Shown here: one piece after another, positions 30,801 through 41,673 of the stretch | Layout: each line of letters begins with the position of its first letter | How positions within the stretch are numbered: position 1 is the stretch's first letter | Assembly: GCA_011524535.1 (NCBI GenBank) | Contig: WTKD01000010.1 | Span: 1,233-65,232, forward strand | Length of the DNA stretch: 64,000 bases | Source: Spirochaetaceae bacterium | GTDB lineage: Bacteria; Spirochaetota; Spirochaetia; WTKD01 | Direction of reading: 5' to 3' | Notes under the pieces: model-generated | Database searches by the model: none | Told to the model about the DNA's origin: nothing | What the model saw: only the letters and a program-made list of their open reading frames with translations | Position numbers and translations under genes: made by a program

Positions 30801-31395
30801 TGCAGTACTCCGATCAAGTATCCGTCAATTTCCCCAGTCTCGAGAAAAAACCCTCTCATTGATTACCTCAATCCTTCAAAGTTATAACCCTCTTCTCTAT
30901 CAAAACCCCGACAACCCAAAACCAATCTTAGACAAGATTATAGAACACGCACAAACTTTCTTTAACTCCGTGTGTTGGCGAAATTATTCAGAACACGTAC
31001 TCGCGACCGAAGAATCCTTTTTGTTTGGATTTCCCCCGGAAGACCCTCGACATACAATTGAAGGAGTCATAGACCTCCTCATCGATCCAACATCTACATC
31101 GAACCAATCCCTACCCTTATGTGCAATAAAAACCCCCGAACAATCATCCGCATCCCCACTCATTTTGGTAGATTATAAAACCGACGCCATAAGAAATTCG
31201 ATGCACCACCTTTTTCAATTGGAAACATACGCATACGTTATTGAAACGTTGTTTAATCGCCCCTGCGATATGTATCTGTTTTATACACGCCCCAATTCTA
31301 TTTCTAGCCCGTTTGTACATGTCGAAAAGCATACAAAGGATCTACCCGCAGAAATAGCAAAAAGAATATCCCGTTACGAAAGTCTTGGTTCATAG
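27844..31395 (+). CDS. addA: AddA/UvrD-family ATP-dependent helicase-nuclease subunit A
   Basis: Walker A HASAGSGKTT, DEFQD box, and a C-terminal RecB-type nuclease (IDLLID...LVDYKTD...QLETYAYV). Confidence 0.8.
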   Translation: MKTEIHRHPSLDVQQQSCMSNDRNLLIHASAGSGKTTVIVERFLHLVQLGTSPERLLLLTFTNKAAKEMSERVFSRLFAEPYVTLPHVRTAIEEGRIFSIQTIDAFCANLARNYAHRMDIQHYTSLSSHQFDISITRICRTYLAQNQQNPILMRFLHAMNHRNSEKKLLNALLVPIAKRMRPLKSETWLTRLDTIISFLETERSTLKKTITASVKEITTEEPSSPKSLEFITQCKELISDHSEDTFFQLCQLLWNENLRSHSKSPEIKKQVQFLRGEKKSPRSLLSNYTLLYRYHKNPEELRDVCTMLDDFERYIRKAKKREDIYGFSDTFSLVLTLLNRYPDILATIHSLFDHIMVDEFQDNNSEQFDFIQLLCGNPRPQKQGTPEPMRTLCCVGDEKQSIYGFRGADLQAYDILCATMLERGGEKIELYNNYRSISFLVSFFNDVFPRIFPTLAEAPSQISTKNDPLPKGITYTKVQAVRDRGPLHNKIHIAIAPYSSEAHMHEARWVASHISLLFQDHIHIVHDAGDRPIRYSDIAILFRKRTHSLQFERALNQAHIPFINPFTKGIEEEEFYHFFSAFLELFSFQDPLSIAYLTILKSPLIMISDETIANILAQHNPVFSTNAKSIIKNPEESALYVQACAHWEHLILHTSSPLYILDYIWYRWGFFWYASDSAPQLIHHYQYLRELVQESNITSAAAFHVFLQEQREQGISTQPGANMSTKDIDAVQLLSIHAAKGLEFPVVFIADAQAHSRITSSPQLFAPHACGLIPSMPCLISEDSEFQNIPTQNTYIHPQDARAHQELEDAETKRLLYVALTRAMQMVFISGTFPKYNTHHSTLLSLLCDALDLPIDQVFTKESPTNTVLSSPRCPDVCIYSIPEEKQNPTANNAQPSIPEVSSTPPKEQPISPNILYRSIFSEIPETSFLPTIPSTIIRFSVTQLALVDTTNKHPLKHTNAHSPSRDSAKLFGTCVHTLINQGIHDAVLRSSIRQFPQSREKTLSLITSILQSYNPLLYQNPDNPKPILDKIIEHAQTFFNSVCWRNYSEHVLATEESFLFGFPPEDPRHTIEGVIDLLIDPTSTSNQSLPLCAIKTPEQSSASPLILVDYKTDAIRNSMHHLFQLETYAYVIETLFNRPCDMYLFYTRPNSISSPFVHVEKHTKDLPAEIAKRISRYESLGS

Positions 31396-31679
31396 CGCCG
31401 CCCCTACTCCTGTAACTGCGCGGCCTCAAGATCGCTGTTCGTCACATATCCGAATGAGATATACATGTATCTCATTTTCTTATGCGCGTAGAAGATAGTT
31501 TTTTATTGGATGATTTTTTGAAATACTAGCTATGTATTTCACATAAACATCCATGACCATTCGCCGATGGCTCTCGATCAGAAAGGATTTGTACATTTTT
31601 ATCACCATGATCAAATATAACCAGTCCAAAAACGATCGGGAGAAAAAATACAATGTAATGACTAATGCCTGTGCTTGTC

Positions 31680-32678
31680 TCAAAATCTAATTACAGAAGC
31701 CCCATAACTAAAACCAGCACCAAATCCAAGAACCAACACAATGGAGCCTTTTTTGATTACTCCTTCGGTAGCTACATCCACCAATGCAATCGGAATACTG
31801 GCTGAAGAAGTATTTGCGTATTCTGATATGTTAGAATAAAAAAGCTCCCTAGGAATCGAATGCATCCTGCAAGTAGCTTCTATAAGCCTCAGATTTGCCT
31901 GATGCGGAACGATAACATCAATATCACCAATCCTAAGTTTCTCACGTTCTAATACTTCTCTTATTAATTTGGGGATTATTTCCACCGCAAAATTGAAAAC
32001 TTTCCGACCGTTCATTGCGATATAGCTGCAATCGAGGGGGAATTCTTCAGCCTGCATGGGAAACTTACTTTCGCCCGCTTTGCGCACAAGTGCCTGCGAT
32101 TTACTTCCATCCGTCCCGAGTATTGCTGTCGAGATTTCTCCATACAAACCTTTCTCAGATGGCTCAGAAGAAATTAAAACCGCCCCCGCTCCATCGCCAA
32201 ACAGGATACAGGTGTTCCTATCTTTCCAGTTGACGATTCTACTATAGACTTCGCTGCAAATAAACAAAACCCTGTCCACACTCCCAGAAACCACCAAGGA
32301 ACGCGCAACCTCCAACCCATAAACAAATCCGCTACATGCGTTGCCAATATCCAAAGCAGCAGCATTACTCGCTCCTATAGCGTCCTGTACAATGCAGGCC
32401 GTTGCAGGTAGATTACCCGGATAATCTGGTGTGGAGGTACTGAGTAGCAAAAAGTCTATACTGCCGGCTGAAGTATTCGATATCTTCAAGGCCTCCTTTG
32501 CCGCTCGTATCGCAAGGTCCGAGGTAGACTCTTCAGCATCAACAACATACCTCGCACGAATACCCGTATGTCCGTATATCCACTCGTCGCTGGTGTCTAA
32601 TCTGGAAGAAAGTTCATGGTTGGTGACTCGCTTGTGTGGAATATACCGAGCAAATCCTGTTACGTACGCCGAACTCAT
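31680..32678 (-). CDS. fabH: 3-oxoacyl-ACP synthase III
   Basis: Active-site region NACSGFVY, then HQAN.R.I and GFGAG motifs. Confidence 0.9.
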   Translation of the reverse strand: MSSAYVTGFARYIPHKRVTNHELSSRLDTSDEWIYGHTGIRARYVVDAEESTSDLAIRAAKEALKISNTSAGSIDFLLLSTSTPDYPGNLPATACIVQDAIGASNAAALDIGNACSGFVYGLEVARSLVVSGSVDRVLFICSEVYSRIVNWKDRNTCILFGDGAGAVLISSEPSEKGLYGEISTAILGTDGSKSQALVRKAGESKFPMQAEEFPLDCSYIAMNGRKVFNFAVEIIPKLIREVLEREKLRIGDIDVIVPHQANLRLIEATCRMHSIPRELFYSNISEYANTSSASIPIALVDVATEGVIKKGSIVLVLGFGAGFSYGASVIRF

Positions 32679-32721
32679 AGCAAGAGATGTTAATTACAAA
32701 AATGTGGTAGAGAATTAAATA

Positions 32722-33009
32722 CTATATGTCGAAAACTTGCATGAGCTTTTCAGCTACAGATTCAAGGACATCCATGTTTTGAGAAAGCTCTTCAAGCCTA
32801 TTTTTTGCGCTTTCAACTTTATCAGTACGAATATCTGGTGAGTCCTTAACAGCTCGATGAGCATAATAATTGCTGGATTGCTGCACGGCCTCTTGAGATA
32901 TAGAGATGGAGTCGAAAGATTTCTTTTCTTCTACTGCTTCCCTTTTTTCTGTCTTATTTAATTTTCGTACGTTTTCTACTGGACCGATACCTTCAATAGT
33001 CATCTTCAC
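32722..33009 (-). CDS. flgM: Anti-sigma-28 factor FlgM (probable)
   Basis: 95 aa. The pattern DSISIS.EA......DIRTDKVESAKNRL is typical of the FlgM C-terminal half. Confidence 0.6.
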   Translation of the reverse strand: MKMTIEGIGPVENVRKLNKTEKREAVEEKKSFDSISISQEAVQQSSNYYAHRAVKDSPDIRTDKVESAKNRLEELSQNMDVLESVAEKLMQVFDI

Positions 33010-33122
33010 AACCTACATAACAATATCGTCATATTCTACCAAACAATTAACCAAACTATGCGCCTTCACTCAACCTTTCGATAATTTCCTCACGAAGACA
33101 CATATAAGATATACTATAAACC

Positions 33123-33461
33123 ATGAATACTATATTTGACAAGATACTGAATAAAGAAATTCCTGCTGATATCGTGTATGAGAATCAATATGCACTGGCA
33201 TTTAAAGATATCAATCCTCAAGCCCCTGTGCATATCCTTGTTATCCCAAAAACTCGTTGCAAGACCTTGTCCGAACTTTCACTCATCGATGACGATTCGC
33301 AACTGGGCTATCTCCAAGGCCTCGCTGCAACAATTTCACTACTTGGGTTGACCTCAGGATATCGGGTTGTATTTAATGCAGGAACGCATGGACAACAAAC
33401 CGTGGATTATTTGCACGCGCATATATTGGGAGAAAGACAACTTAAGTGGCCTCCAGGATAA
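33123..33461 (+). CDS. HIT-family (histidine triad) nucleotide-binding protein
   Basis: 112 aa with the histidine triad LHAHILG near the C-terminus. Confidence 0.85.
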   Translation: MNTIFDKILNKEIPADIVYENQYALAFKDINPQAPVHILVIPKTRCKTLSELSLIDDDSQLGYLQGLAATISLLGLTSGYRVVFNAGTHGQQTVDYLHAHILGERQLKWPPG

Positions 33462-33616
33462 TTCCCATATTTCTCAAGTGCTCGCGAAAACCTAGCCATT
33501 TCCTTCTAGATTTTTTCGCCATGCACGGCGCATGTCGATCCATACCCCAGCCCGCGGTTTCTATACAAAGGGCCATATATTCGCTACCATGATTTATATA
33601 TAGTCGATAACTTCGT

Positions 33617-33886
33617 ATGCTACCATTCCGATCAGAATCTTTAACCAGAAGCCTCATAAAAACGATTTCCTGGCGTATTATTGCAACCACTACGACTATA
33701 TTGCTTGCCTATCTCGTAACCAAAAAATGGAGCCTTGCTCTTTCGGTAGGAATCCTTGAAACTATTTCGAAAACGATACTCTACTATCTTCATGAACGGG
33801 CGTGGAACAAAATAAACCTATTCCCTACAATCAAAAAGGATATCTCCCCTTTAAAAGAAAAAGAAGCAGAATCCCCGAAAGCATGA
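33617..33886 (+). CDS. DUF2061-type small membrane protein
   Basis: The pattern RSL.KTISWR...T fits DUF2061. Its stop overlaps the cysH ATG (ATGA at 33883). Confidence 0.6.
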   Translation: MLPFRSESLTRSLIKTISWRIIATTTTILLAYLVTKKWSLALSVGILETISKTILYYLHERAWNKINLFPTIKKDISPLKEKEAESPKA

Positions 33887-34590
33887 AGAACTCTGATATA
33901 CTTCTAAAACTTGAATCTATAACCGAAGCCGAAGAACTACTAGCGCGTGCTGCGGCTGAATTTGATCAACATCTCCTTCTAGCTTCCAGTCTGAGCGTAG
34001 AAGATCAAGTTTTGACCCATATGTTTCTAAATATCACACAAAAACCCCGAATTTTTGTTCTCGATACCGGGCGACTCCCGCAAGAAACATACGATACCAT
34101 GGAAAAAACCATGATCAAATATGGCATAACGTATGAAGTATGCACACCGCCACAGGATAAATTGATGAGCTTACTTACAGAAAAAGGACCAAACTCGTTT
34201 TATCACAGCGTCGAAAACAGAAAGGAATGTTGTTTTATCCGTAAAGTCATTCCTCTTCAAGAGAAATTAAAAACAGGACAAGCATGGATGACAGGACTGC
34301 GACAAGAACAGTCCCCCCAACGTAACTTAGTACCCATGGTCGAATGGGACACCCCCCACGATATGATCAAATTGAATCCGCTCGCACACTGGACGACAGA
34401 AAAAGTATGGGATTATATTAAAAAAAATTCCATCCCGTACAACCTCCTACACGACAAAGGATATCCAAGCATCGGCTGTGCCCCCTGTACACGGGCCATT
34501 AAATCAGGAGCGCCCATGAGGTCGGGACGTTGGTGGTGGGAAGACCCCACGCACAAAGAATGCGGACTGCATACAGGTACTAGATCATGA
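33883..34590 (+). CDS. cysH: Adenylylsulfate (APS) / PAPS reductase, thioredoxin-dependent, Fe-S type
   Basis: C-terminal ECGLH motif plus the CC...CxxC cysteines ([14 protein letters not shown]) that mark the 4Fe-4S APS-reductase subgroup. Confidence 0.85.
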   Translation: MKNSDILLKLESITEAEELLARAAAEFDQHLLLASSLSVEDQVLTHMFLNITQKPRIFVLDTGRLPQETYDTMEKTMIKYGITYEVCTPPQDKLMSLLTEKGPNSFYHSVENRKECCFIRKVIPLQEKLKTGQAWMTGLRQEQSPQRNLVPMVEWDTPHDMIKLNPLAHWTTEKVWDYIKKNSIPYNLLHDKGYPSIGCAPCTRAIKSGAPMRSGRWWWEDPTHKECGLHTGTRS

Positions 34591-35468
34591 ATTATCTTTC
34601 TCAACTCGAAGCAAAAAGTGTGTATATTTTTCGTGAGGCGTACAAGTCCTTCAAAGATTTATGTATGCTATGGTCCATAGGAAAAGATAGCACTGTTTTA
34701 CTTTGGCTGGCAAAAAAGGCATTCTTTGGACATGTTCCGTTCCCCTTGGTACACATTGATACATCCTATAAAATCCCCGAAATGATAGCCTATCGAGACA
34801 AACTCGCGATGGAATGGAATCTTACAATGATCGTGGGACAAAATGAAGTAGCTCTAAAAAATAAGCAAACCTTCCCCGATGGAAACGCTACTCGCCTGCA
34901 ATGCTGCAAGAGATTAAAAAGTGATGCTCTTCATCGGACTCTCGATGCAACGTACCCAAGGAAAAAACTCAATCTCGATACCGGGGAATACGAAACGGAA
35001 AAAAACGCTATCCCATTTACAGGGGTCATAGCTGGCATACGCTCGGATGAAGAAGGGAGTCGTTCGAAGGAGAGATATTTCTCTCCCCGTGAAACGACAA
35101 ACGATTGGAACATAGAAGAACAACCACCCGAGCTTTGGAATCAATTCAACACAGATTTTGCTCCGGGTACACATATTCGCATACATCCACTCCTCGATTG
35201 GACCGAACTCAATATATGGGAATACATACATCAAGAAAACATTCCAATCATCCCACTCTATTTTGATCAAGGCAAAGGTACTCGGTATCGTTCCATCGGC
35301 TGCGCACCCTGTACTTTTCCTATACAATCAACCGCAAAAACGGTCCCCGATATCATTGAAGAACTACGTACGGGAAAATTATCGAATATTGCTGAACGCT
35401 CTGGTCGTGCTCAAGACGCCGAAGACGGCGGAGGACTCGAAACCCTACGGCAAGATGGCTATATGTGA
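34587..35468 (+). CDS. cysD: Sulfate adenylyltransferase subunit 2
   Basis: PAPS-reductase-fold ATP pyrophosphatase with SIGKDS and RSDEE...R.KER motifs. It overlaps both neighbouring genes. Confidence 0.9.
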   Translation: MNYLSQLEAKSVYIFREAYKSFKDLCMLWSIGKDSTVLLWLAKKAFFGHVPFPLVHIDTSYKIPEMIAYRDKLAMEWNLTMIVGQNEVALKNKQTFPDGNATRLQCCKRLKSDALHRTLDATYPRKKLNLDTGEYETEKNAIPFTGVIAGIRSDEEGSRSKERYFSPRETTNDWNIEEQPPELWNQFNTDFAPGTHIRIHPLLDWTELNIWEYIHQENIPIIPLYFDQGKGTRYRSIGCAPCTFPIQSTAKTVPDIIEELRTGKLSNIAERSGRAQDAEDGGGLETLRQDGYM

Positions 35469-37210
35469 TGCTTGAACAAAAAGAACGCATGGACATAGTC
35501 ATGGCCGGACATGTGGACCATGGCAAAAGCACTTTGATTGGACGGTTGTTGGCAGATACGCATTCGCTCCCAGAGGGAAAGCTGGAAGCCATTCGCGCTC
35601 TATGCGAAAAAAATTCCAAACCATTCGAATACTCCTTCCTCCTCGATGCCCTAAAAGACGAACGTTCACAGGGCATCACTATTGATTCAGCACGCTGCTT
35701 TTTCGAAACAGAAAAAAGATATTACATCATTATCGATTCACCCGGACATATAGAATTTCTAAAAAACATGATAACCGGAGCAACCCGCGCAGAAGCTGCA
35801 ATCCTCATAATAGATGCTCAGGAAGGCATCCAAGAAAATTCACGTAGACACGGGTTTTTGTTGTCGGTTTTGGGGATATCCCAGGTGTTGATTGTTGTAA
35901 ACAAGATGGACCTTGTCCAATACAACAAGGAACGCTACGATTCCATCGTGCAAGAATATGAAACCTTCTTGAACAATCTAGGAGTCCACCCTAAACAATT
36001 CATTCCTGTTTCCGCTTTTTTGGGAGAAAATCTTGTTACTCAATCTACACGTATGCCCTGGTACACAGGCGACGCATTACTTCCTTGTATGGAGGCAATA
36101 CAAAAAGAAACCGCCCGAGATAAAAAAGATCTACGATTACCCGTCCAGGATATCTATAAATTCACCGCACAAAACGATACAAGACGTATCATCGCCGGCA
36201 CTATCCAATCAGGGACATTGACCGTTGGGGACACACTCACCGCCTATCCATCCATGAAAGAAACCAAGGTAACCAGCATAGAACGATTTTCTTCTCCAAA
36301 ACTAGAAACAGCTCTTCCAGACGAAGCCATTGGCATTACCTATAGTCCTCAGATATACCTGAAACCCGGAGAAATACTTTGTAAACGGGAAGAACTTGCC
36401 CCCCTCATCGACACACTTTTTCGCGTCCGTATCTTTTGGATGGCACAAACTCCAATGCAAACAGGCAAGACATATACATTAAAATTGGCGACCATGCGGG
36501 TGAATGTATCCTTAGAAGAAATTGTGCATGTTTTTGATACTCAACAGCTGACCCAGACAACCGGACATACTAGGGTCAAACGATACGAAGTAGCCGAATG
36601 CATCCTCACATCTACAAAACCAATAGCATTCGATATCCCCGATGTTTGTCTAGAAACGAGCCGTTTTGTCCTCGTTCACAACCACGCCATTGTTGCAGGT
36701 GGGACGATATCCGCATCGATTCATCATTCACAAAACTCGGAGGTGCATGAAGCTCTGCAAGGAAACACCCAGTTTTCTTACGGGACAATAACTCCAGCTC
36801 AGCGAAAAAAGCACCTTGGTCATGAAGCAGCAACCATCGTGTTCTGCGGAAAAAAAGCAAACGACTATGCGCGTTCCTTTGAATATATCCTATACACCCA
36901 GGGATATACGAGCGCAAGCATTATTTTCGAAAAGCAAAAAAACGTAACGCGGGAAGTAGAATCTCTCTACGGTTCGCAGCTGCGTATCACAATAAAAACT
37001 GCCCTTTCTGCTGGTCTTATTTGTGTATGTGCGGTTGATTCGGCAACCCTCGAAGAATTAACACACACTCAGCTCGGTCCCCTTGGTCTAATCAATTGTA
37101 ACGAGTCTCCCTCTCAAGAATCCAGCTATCATTGCTCATCGCTCGACGATCTTCCAAGATTGGTCAAAGATCTCATCGCTGACAATATCATTTCGAATAT
37201 CGAGAAATAA
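35468..37210 (+). CDS. cysN: Sulfate adenylyltransferase subunit 1 (GTPase) with a degenerate APS-kinase-like C-terminal extension
   Basis: G1 motif GHVDHGKST, then DSPGH and NKMD. About 150 extra C-terminal residues resemble CysC but lack the P-loop. A GTG at 35465 is an alternative start. Confidence 0.85.
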   Translation: MLEQKERMDIVMAGHVDHGKSTLIGRLLADTHSLPEGKLEAIRALCEKNSKPFEYSFLLDALKDERSQGITIDSARCFFETEKRYYIIIDSPGHIEFLKNMITGATRAEAAILIIDAQEGIQENSRRHGFLLSVLGISQVLIVVNKMDLVQYNKERYDSIVQEYETFLNNLGVHPKQFIPVSAFLGENLVTQSTRMPWYTGDALLPCMEAIQKETARDKKDLRLPVQDIYKFTAQNDTRRIIAGTIQSGTLTVGDTLTAYPSMKETKVTSIERFSSPKLETALPDEAIGITYSPQIYLKPGEILCKREELAPLIDTLFRVRIFWMAQTPMQTGKTYTLKLATMRVNVSLEEIVHVFDTQQLTQTTGHTRVKRYEVAECILTSTKPIAFDIPDVCLETSRFVLVHNHAIVAGGTISASIHHSQNSEVHEALQGNTQFSYGTITPAQRKKHLGHEAATIVFCGKKANDYARSFEYILYTQGYTSASIIFEKQKNVTREVESLYGSQLRITIKTALSAGLICVCAVDSATLEELTHTQLGPLGLINCNESPSQESSYHCSSLDDLPRLVKDLIADNIISNIEK

Positions 37211-37357
37211 CCCTCGCCCAGACATAGATGCCCGAGTCATTTCTAAAAAATAGCGATTTTCAAAAAATGTAGCCTCTAGAATCCTTGAATCTGACTAGTC
37301 TTACGTTAGTGGCAGAAATTATCGTATTCGTTGTGGTATGAGTGAAAACTAATTGGT

Positions 37358-38041
37358 TTATTTTATTAAAGCAAGAGCAATACCATCGAGACCTTTTTTT
37401 GATACCAATGGCAAAATAGTTGCATCAAGCTTTGGGTGTTTTGCGATAGCTTGATTGAATTGATGGATTCCTGAAGCCATTTCGTCGTTTTCCTTAGGCT
37501 CAATGACATCTTCTGAAAAAATAACATTGTCTGCAACAATAATCGATCCGGGACGAGAGAGGGAAAGAGCATGATTCAAATATTGCTTGTATGAAGGCTT
37601 GTGAGCATCGAGAAACATCAAATCAAATGGAGCTTCTTCTGATTTAATCATCGATTTAAGAATGGCTAAGGCGTCTCCAATACGAATATCAACTTTCTCT
37701 TTCATTCCTGCTTCTTCTATGTTTGCACGTGCTGTGTCTGCGTAATTTTCTTGCCGTTCTAGAGTAACCAATGTCCCATCTTCTGGCAAAGCCCTTGCCA
37801 ACCAAATCGCACTATACCCACCCAATGTCCCAATCTCAAGAATACGCTTCGATTTGCTAATCTTCACCAACAAGGACAGAAAGTGACCTAGGTTCGGGTA
37901 GACACTTATTTGTGGCATTCCTGATTTCTGGATAGATGTTATTGTTTTTTCAAGAACCGCATCGTTCTTTAAGAACAATGATTCTACGTATGTATCAACG
38001 GCATCATATCCATACTCAAAGTTATTACTCATTAGTCGCAT
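37358..38041 (-). CDS. Class I SAM-dependent O-methyltransferase (caffeoyl-CoA OMT family)
   Basis: SAM motif ILEIGTLGGYSAIWLA and the FLDA(H)K motif of the family 3 OMTs. Confidence 0.8.
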   Translation of the reverse strand: MRLMSNNFEYGYDAVDTYVESLFLKNDAVLEKTITSIQKSGMPQISVYPNLGHFLSLLVKISKSKRILEIGTLGGYSAIWLARALPEDGTLVTLERQENYADTARANIEEAGMKEKVDIRIGDALAILKSMIKSEEAPFDLMFLDAHKPSYKQYLNHALSLSRPGSIIVADNVIFSEDVIEPKENDEMASGIHQFNQAIAKHPKLDATILPLVSKKGLDGIALALIK

Positions 38042-38265
38042 GTTATGCTATCCTCACGCACAAACCAACTCAAACCATTGAAAAAATAATAAAGGAACAA
38101 AATACTAATTCATAGCTTATTAGTGATTCCAAATATAGTCAATAAAAGTGGCTCAGCGCTGTATTTAATACTCAAAACCCAAACAAGCTTGTTCATTCTA
38201 TACTTTGCCCATTGCATGACACAATCGGCTCTATAGAAACACAGGAATAACTCCTATTTTCACCA

Positions 38266-38673
38266 TCAAGAGATAGAGGGAACCATACAATGAGCTACCG
38301 TTTCAGATTCATACCATTCTATGCAACATCCAGTTTTATCGGCCTTGTCCATCGCAAGTAATTCTTGAAAAATATTTCCGAATTCATCTCGATGGTCCAT
38401 GTAATTCTCTATCCGCCGGGATATGTATACTCCTTTTGGAATAACCATCGTGGTAAATTTGCTCGCGTCATCACTTGCAAGCAAGGGGGTTCCTACACGA
38501 TATGTAATTGACCCATCTGTTTGCATAGCAGAATACCCAACGTAAGTAATGCGTTTATCTACATCTGGGAGTATTGTGAATATTTTTTGCCAAACAGCAT
38601 CGATTCCATCTGGGAAAGAATCAGCTTGAATATATATAATATTTATGTCTTCGTGTAACGTTCGTGTTTCCAT
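38266..38673 (-). CDS. Small GyrI-like / effector-binding-domain-like protein (tentative)
   Basis: 135 aa lying beside ada. The call rests on the alternating beta-strand pattern only, with no firm motif. Confidence 0.35.
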   Translation of the reverse strand: METRTLHEDINIIYIQADSFPDGIDAVWQKIFTILPDVDKRITYVGYSAMQTDGSITYRVGTPLLASDDASKFTTMVIPKGVYISRRIENYMDHRDEFGNIFQELLAMDKADKTGCCIEWYESETVAHCMVPSIS

Positions 38674-38748
38674 CGTTAATTGTACAATATCTGTGTCTTT
38701 TCTTGCATTACTCGTTGAAAGAGCATCCCTCGGATCCTATGCATATCA

Positions 38749-39813
38749 TTATTCTTTTCTGCCAACCAACTCATGGTTAAGGAGCCAGGCTTTCCGCTCA
38801 ACCCCTCCTCCATACCCTCCTAAACTGCCATCTTTCCGTATCATCCGATGACAGGGTACCACAATCGCGATACCATTCATTCCGTTTGCGGTCCCCACAG
38901 CACGACAAACGTTTTGTCCGAAGAGGTCGTATGCGACATCACTATAGTTCCTTGTTTCTCCCCATGAAACCCCAAGCAAATAACCCCACACTCCATTTTG
39001 AAATGTAGTACCAACTTGGCGAATCGGAATAGTAAATCTGGTCAATCTTCCTTCAAAATAAGCATTCAATTCACCATGTGCTTGTTCAAGAATTGCGCTT
39101 GTATGCGAGCGTATGCCTAGGGCATATTTTTTTTGGAGATATTTTATTCTCTTTCCAAGATATGGCCGGTCTATATATTCAAGAAAATATAGATGTTCAG
39201 ATGTCGCTATCGCGATCATAGTCCCGATCGGGGTAGATAATAACGCAGCTGAAGCCTGCAAGATTTCACTTTCCGTACCGGAGGGAGGAGCCATGCACCA
39301 AGCCCGCGAAGAACGAGGCAAATGTTCGAAGCGATACACCCCTGCGCATATACGCCCTACATCGCGTACTCGAAGATACCGTAAAAGAGAAATTCCATGA
39401 GCATTTTTGAATTCCTCGTTTGCAATCTCGTACCCTTTTTGAGACAGTAATCCCTCTGCAAGCAAGTTACCTGTACTCAAACCTTCTTCTATATACCTCA
39501 AAATACTAGCAAGAAGATTTGAGCATGCGAGGGGGTGTAGGGGTGTGCAACGTTTGCAGGGCCGAAATCCCTCCAACATACTGTCTTGTACATTCAAAAA
39601 GAAGATACATCGATCGAATCCTGGCTTCCTGGCGCTACATTCTGGGCGACAAAATATCCCTGTGCTCCGAACTCCAACAAAAAATTTCCTGAGCCCCAAG
39701 GAAGACCTCGCAAGTAGTGCCGAATAATATTCTGGATATTCTTTTTGATCTATCCTATATGTCGTATGCACATATTCCATCGATTTCTTCTTCGTGTTTA
39801 TTTCTTTAGTCAT
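38749..39813 (-). CDS. ada: Bifunctional Ada: methylphosphotriester-DNA alkyltransferase/AraC-type regulator fused to O6-methylguanine-DNA methyltransferase
   Basis: N-terminal Ada zinc site TGIFCRPECSAR...FRPCKRC and the C-terminal active site VPCHRMI. Confidence 0.85.
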   Translation of the reverse strand: MTKEINTKKKSMEYVHTTYRIDQKEYPEYYSALLARSSLGLRKFFVGVRSTGIFCRPECSARKPGFDRCIFFLNVQDSMLEGFRPCKRCTPLHPLACSNLLASILRYIEEGLSTGNLLAEGLLSQKGYEIANEEFKNAHGISLLRYLRVRDVGRICAGVYRFEHLPRSSRAWCMAPPSGTESEILQASAALLSTPIGTMIAIATSEHLYFLEYIDRPYLGKRIKYLQKKYALGIRSHTSAILEQAHGELNAYFEGRLTRFTIPIRQVGTTFQNGVWGYLLGVSWGETRNYSDVAYDLFGQNVCRAVGTANGMNGIAIVVPCHRMIRKDGSLGGYGGGVERKAWLLNHELVGRKE

Positions 39814-39881
39814 CGACCAAAAACATCTTTTTTACTCTGTGTTGTACTGCACAGTATCATATTGCATCCCAATTAGAATAA

Positions 39882-40775
39882 TTAGATAAAGACGAGCATC
39901 GTAACACTTATGATTATAATCGCCATACCAATAATTTCATGGCGGTAAATTTTTTCACGGAACATCAAATAAGAATACAAAATAGATAGGGGCATTTGTA
40001 TTTGCGCCAATGCTTTTACGTAAGAAGCATATGCCGTTGCAAAAGCCATAAACCAAAATACAGACCCTATGCAGCTGGTCAGACCGACCATCGTTGATTT
40101 TTTCATGTATTTGGCGATCATAGAAAAAGAATTTCTTTGACGAATACACAGATAGGCGAATAATATCACCACCTGCATAACAACCACAACAACGAGGGTT
40201 GTTGTCGATGCCATGAACACACTCGTTGCGTCCAGTTGCAGAATGGCCTGACGAATGCCCAGGGCGGTGAGAGCAAAACACGAACCGGTCAAAATGCCAA
40301 TCTGTGCTCCTTTATTTCCTCTTATATCAAGAAAGCTCTTCACACTCATCGAATCTCTTTCCACAGAGACCAACAAGACCCCGGCAAATCCAGCAATCAC
40401 CATAGCAAGTTCCAAAATACCCAGCGCCTCTCCAAACAAGACCCAGCCCAACAAAGCGGTCTGAATACTATCAGATTTTCCGTAACAGGTGCCAACCATG
40501 AAACTGCGGAGGGTAAAAACCTTGAGTAGGAGGTTCGTAGCAACAATTTGTAAGACTCCCGCTGCGATAGAATACAACCAAAAGAGCAATGTAAACGAAT
40601 AGACTTGCTCACCAAGTCCCCATAATACCGCCCACAGGATGAGGCAAAAAGGCAGTCCAAAAGCATACCTCACCCATGTAGCTGCCAATCGAGGAATACT
40701 GTCGGCAAGTTCTTTTTGCAATGCAGTACGTGTTACCTGAAATCCGATCGCAATCAGTCCATACATCAACCACAT
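39882..40775 (-). CDS. EamA/DMT-family transporter
   Basis: 297 aa with about ten transmembrane helices arranged as two EamA-like halves. Confidence 0.7.
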   Translation of the reverse strand: MWLMYGLIAIGFQVTRTALQKELADSIPRLAATWVRYAFGLPFCLILWAVLWGLGEQVYSFTLLFWLYSIAAGVLQIVATNLLLKVFTLRSFMVGTCYGKSDSIQTALLGWVLFGEALGILELAMVIAGFAGVLLVSVERDSMSVKSFLDIRGNKGAQIGILTGSCFALTALGIRQAILQLDATSVFMASTTTLVVVVVMQVVILFAYLCIRQRNSFSMIAKYMKKSTMVGLTSCIGSVFWFMAFATAYASYVKALAQIQMPLSILYSYLMFREKIYRHEIIGMAIIIISVTMLVFI

Positions 40776-40992
40776 ATCTACAAATACTTCACTTTTCTAC
40801 CATAAAAACAATCTCATATATACGAACACATCCAAACTTTTCCCACGTAGCATGCCGATATATATCGTCTCATATTAGTGCATTTTGTCAAATATAAGAA
40901 TCATACGCATTAGCTAGATTCATTGTTCCTTTAACCACACCGAATAATCTCACTATGCAATGAGAGCTATCAAATAGCTTTACTGGAGAGGA

Positions 40993-41673
40993 TCAGCGCA
41001 TTATAAGGAAATATAACAAAACAAATATGGGCAGGCTAAGTAGCATATTGCTGACCCGTATTTTTTTTAATTCCAAAAGATTTATTCCGAGCCCCATAAG
41101 CAAAACGCCTCCCACCGCGCTTATTTCTGTTATAAATCCATCGGTCATGAAGGGCTGCACCGAACGAGCCATCAAGGCAATGCTTCCCTGAACGATAATA
41201 AGCGGAATGGAAGCAAACAATACCCCGTTTCCAAGTCGTACAGAAAGTATTATTGCTGCAATCCCATCCAATAACGACTTTGTCAGTAATATTGCCATGC
41301 CCCTACCGAGCCCTTCTTCCAGGGGTCCGAGAATCGTAAGGGAGCCCACACAAAACAAGAAAAAGGAATCTATCAGCCCTTCAGAAAATTTTGGATTATT
41401 TTTTGCAAAATGACGTTTGAGAAAGGAGCTTACATGTATTATTCCATTATCAAAACGTATGAGCTCACCAATGAAGGTGCCGATTACCACCGTCATAAAT
41501 ACGAATACAAGATTTTCAGATTGTAGGGCCATTGAAACGCCCAATAGCAATGTACACAACCCAATGGCGTTGAATAAAGATTCGACCAATTTTTCAGAGA
41601 GTGAGCGCTTTAACAATAACCCTATAAACGCCCCAATAACAACGGTTGTTCCGTTTAATAATGTACCTATCAT
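40993..41673 (-). CDS. DUF554-family membrane protein (YdfK/YqgA-like)
   Basis: N-terminus MIGTLLNG..V..GA.IG and a polytopic profile typical of DUF554. Confidence 0.65.
   Translation of the reverse strand: MIGTLLNGTTVVIGAFIGLLLKRSLSEKLVESLFNAIGLCTLLLGVSMALQSENLVFVFMTVVIGTFIGELIRFDNGIIHVSSFLKRHFAKNNPKFSEGLIDSFFLFCVGSLTILGPLEEGLGRGMAILLTKSLLDGIAAIILSVRLGNGVLFASIPLIIVQGSIALMARSVQPFMTDGFITEISAVGGVLLMGLGINLLELKKIRVSNMLLSLPIFVLLYFLIMR

Noticed and set aside
31480-31683. 67-aa ORF overlapping the fabH stop region
   Set aside because: It is hydrophobic and AT-rich with no motif or clear RBS. It may be real, but I cannot support it from the sequence alone.
33462-33616. Possible riboswitch or leader upstream of the sulfate-assimilation cluster
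   Set aside because: Only a short hairpin (CATGC-N5-GCATG) is visible, and I could recognise no SAM or other riboswitch consensus. The evidence is insufficient.
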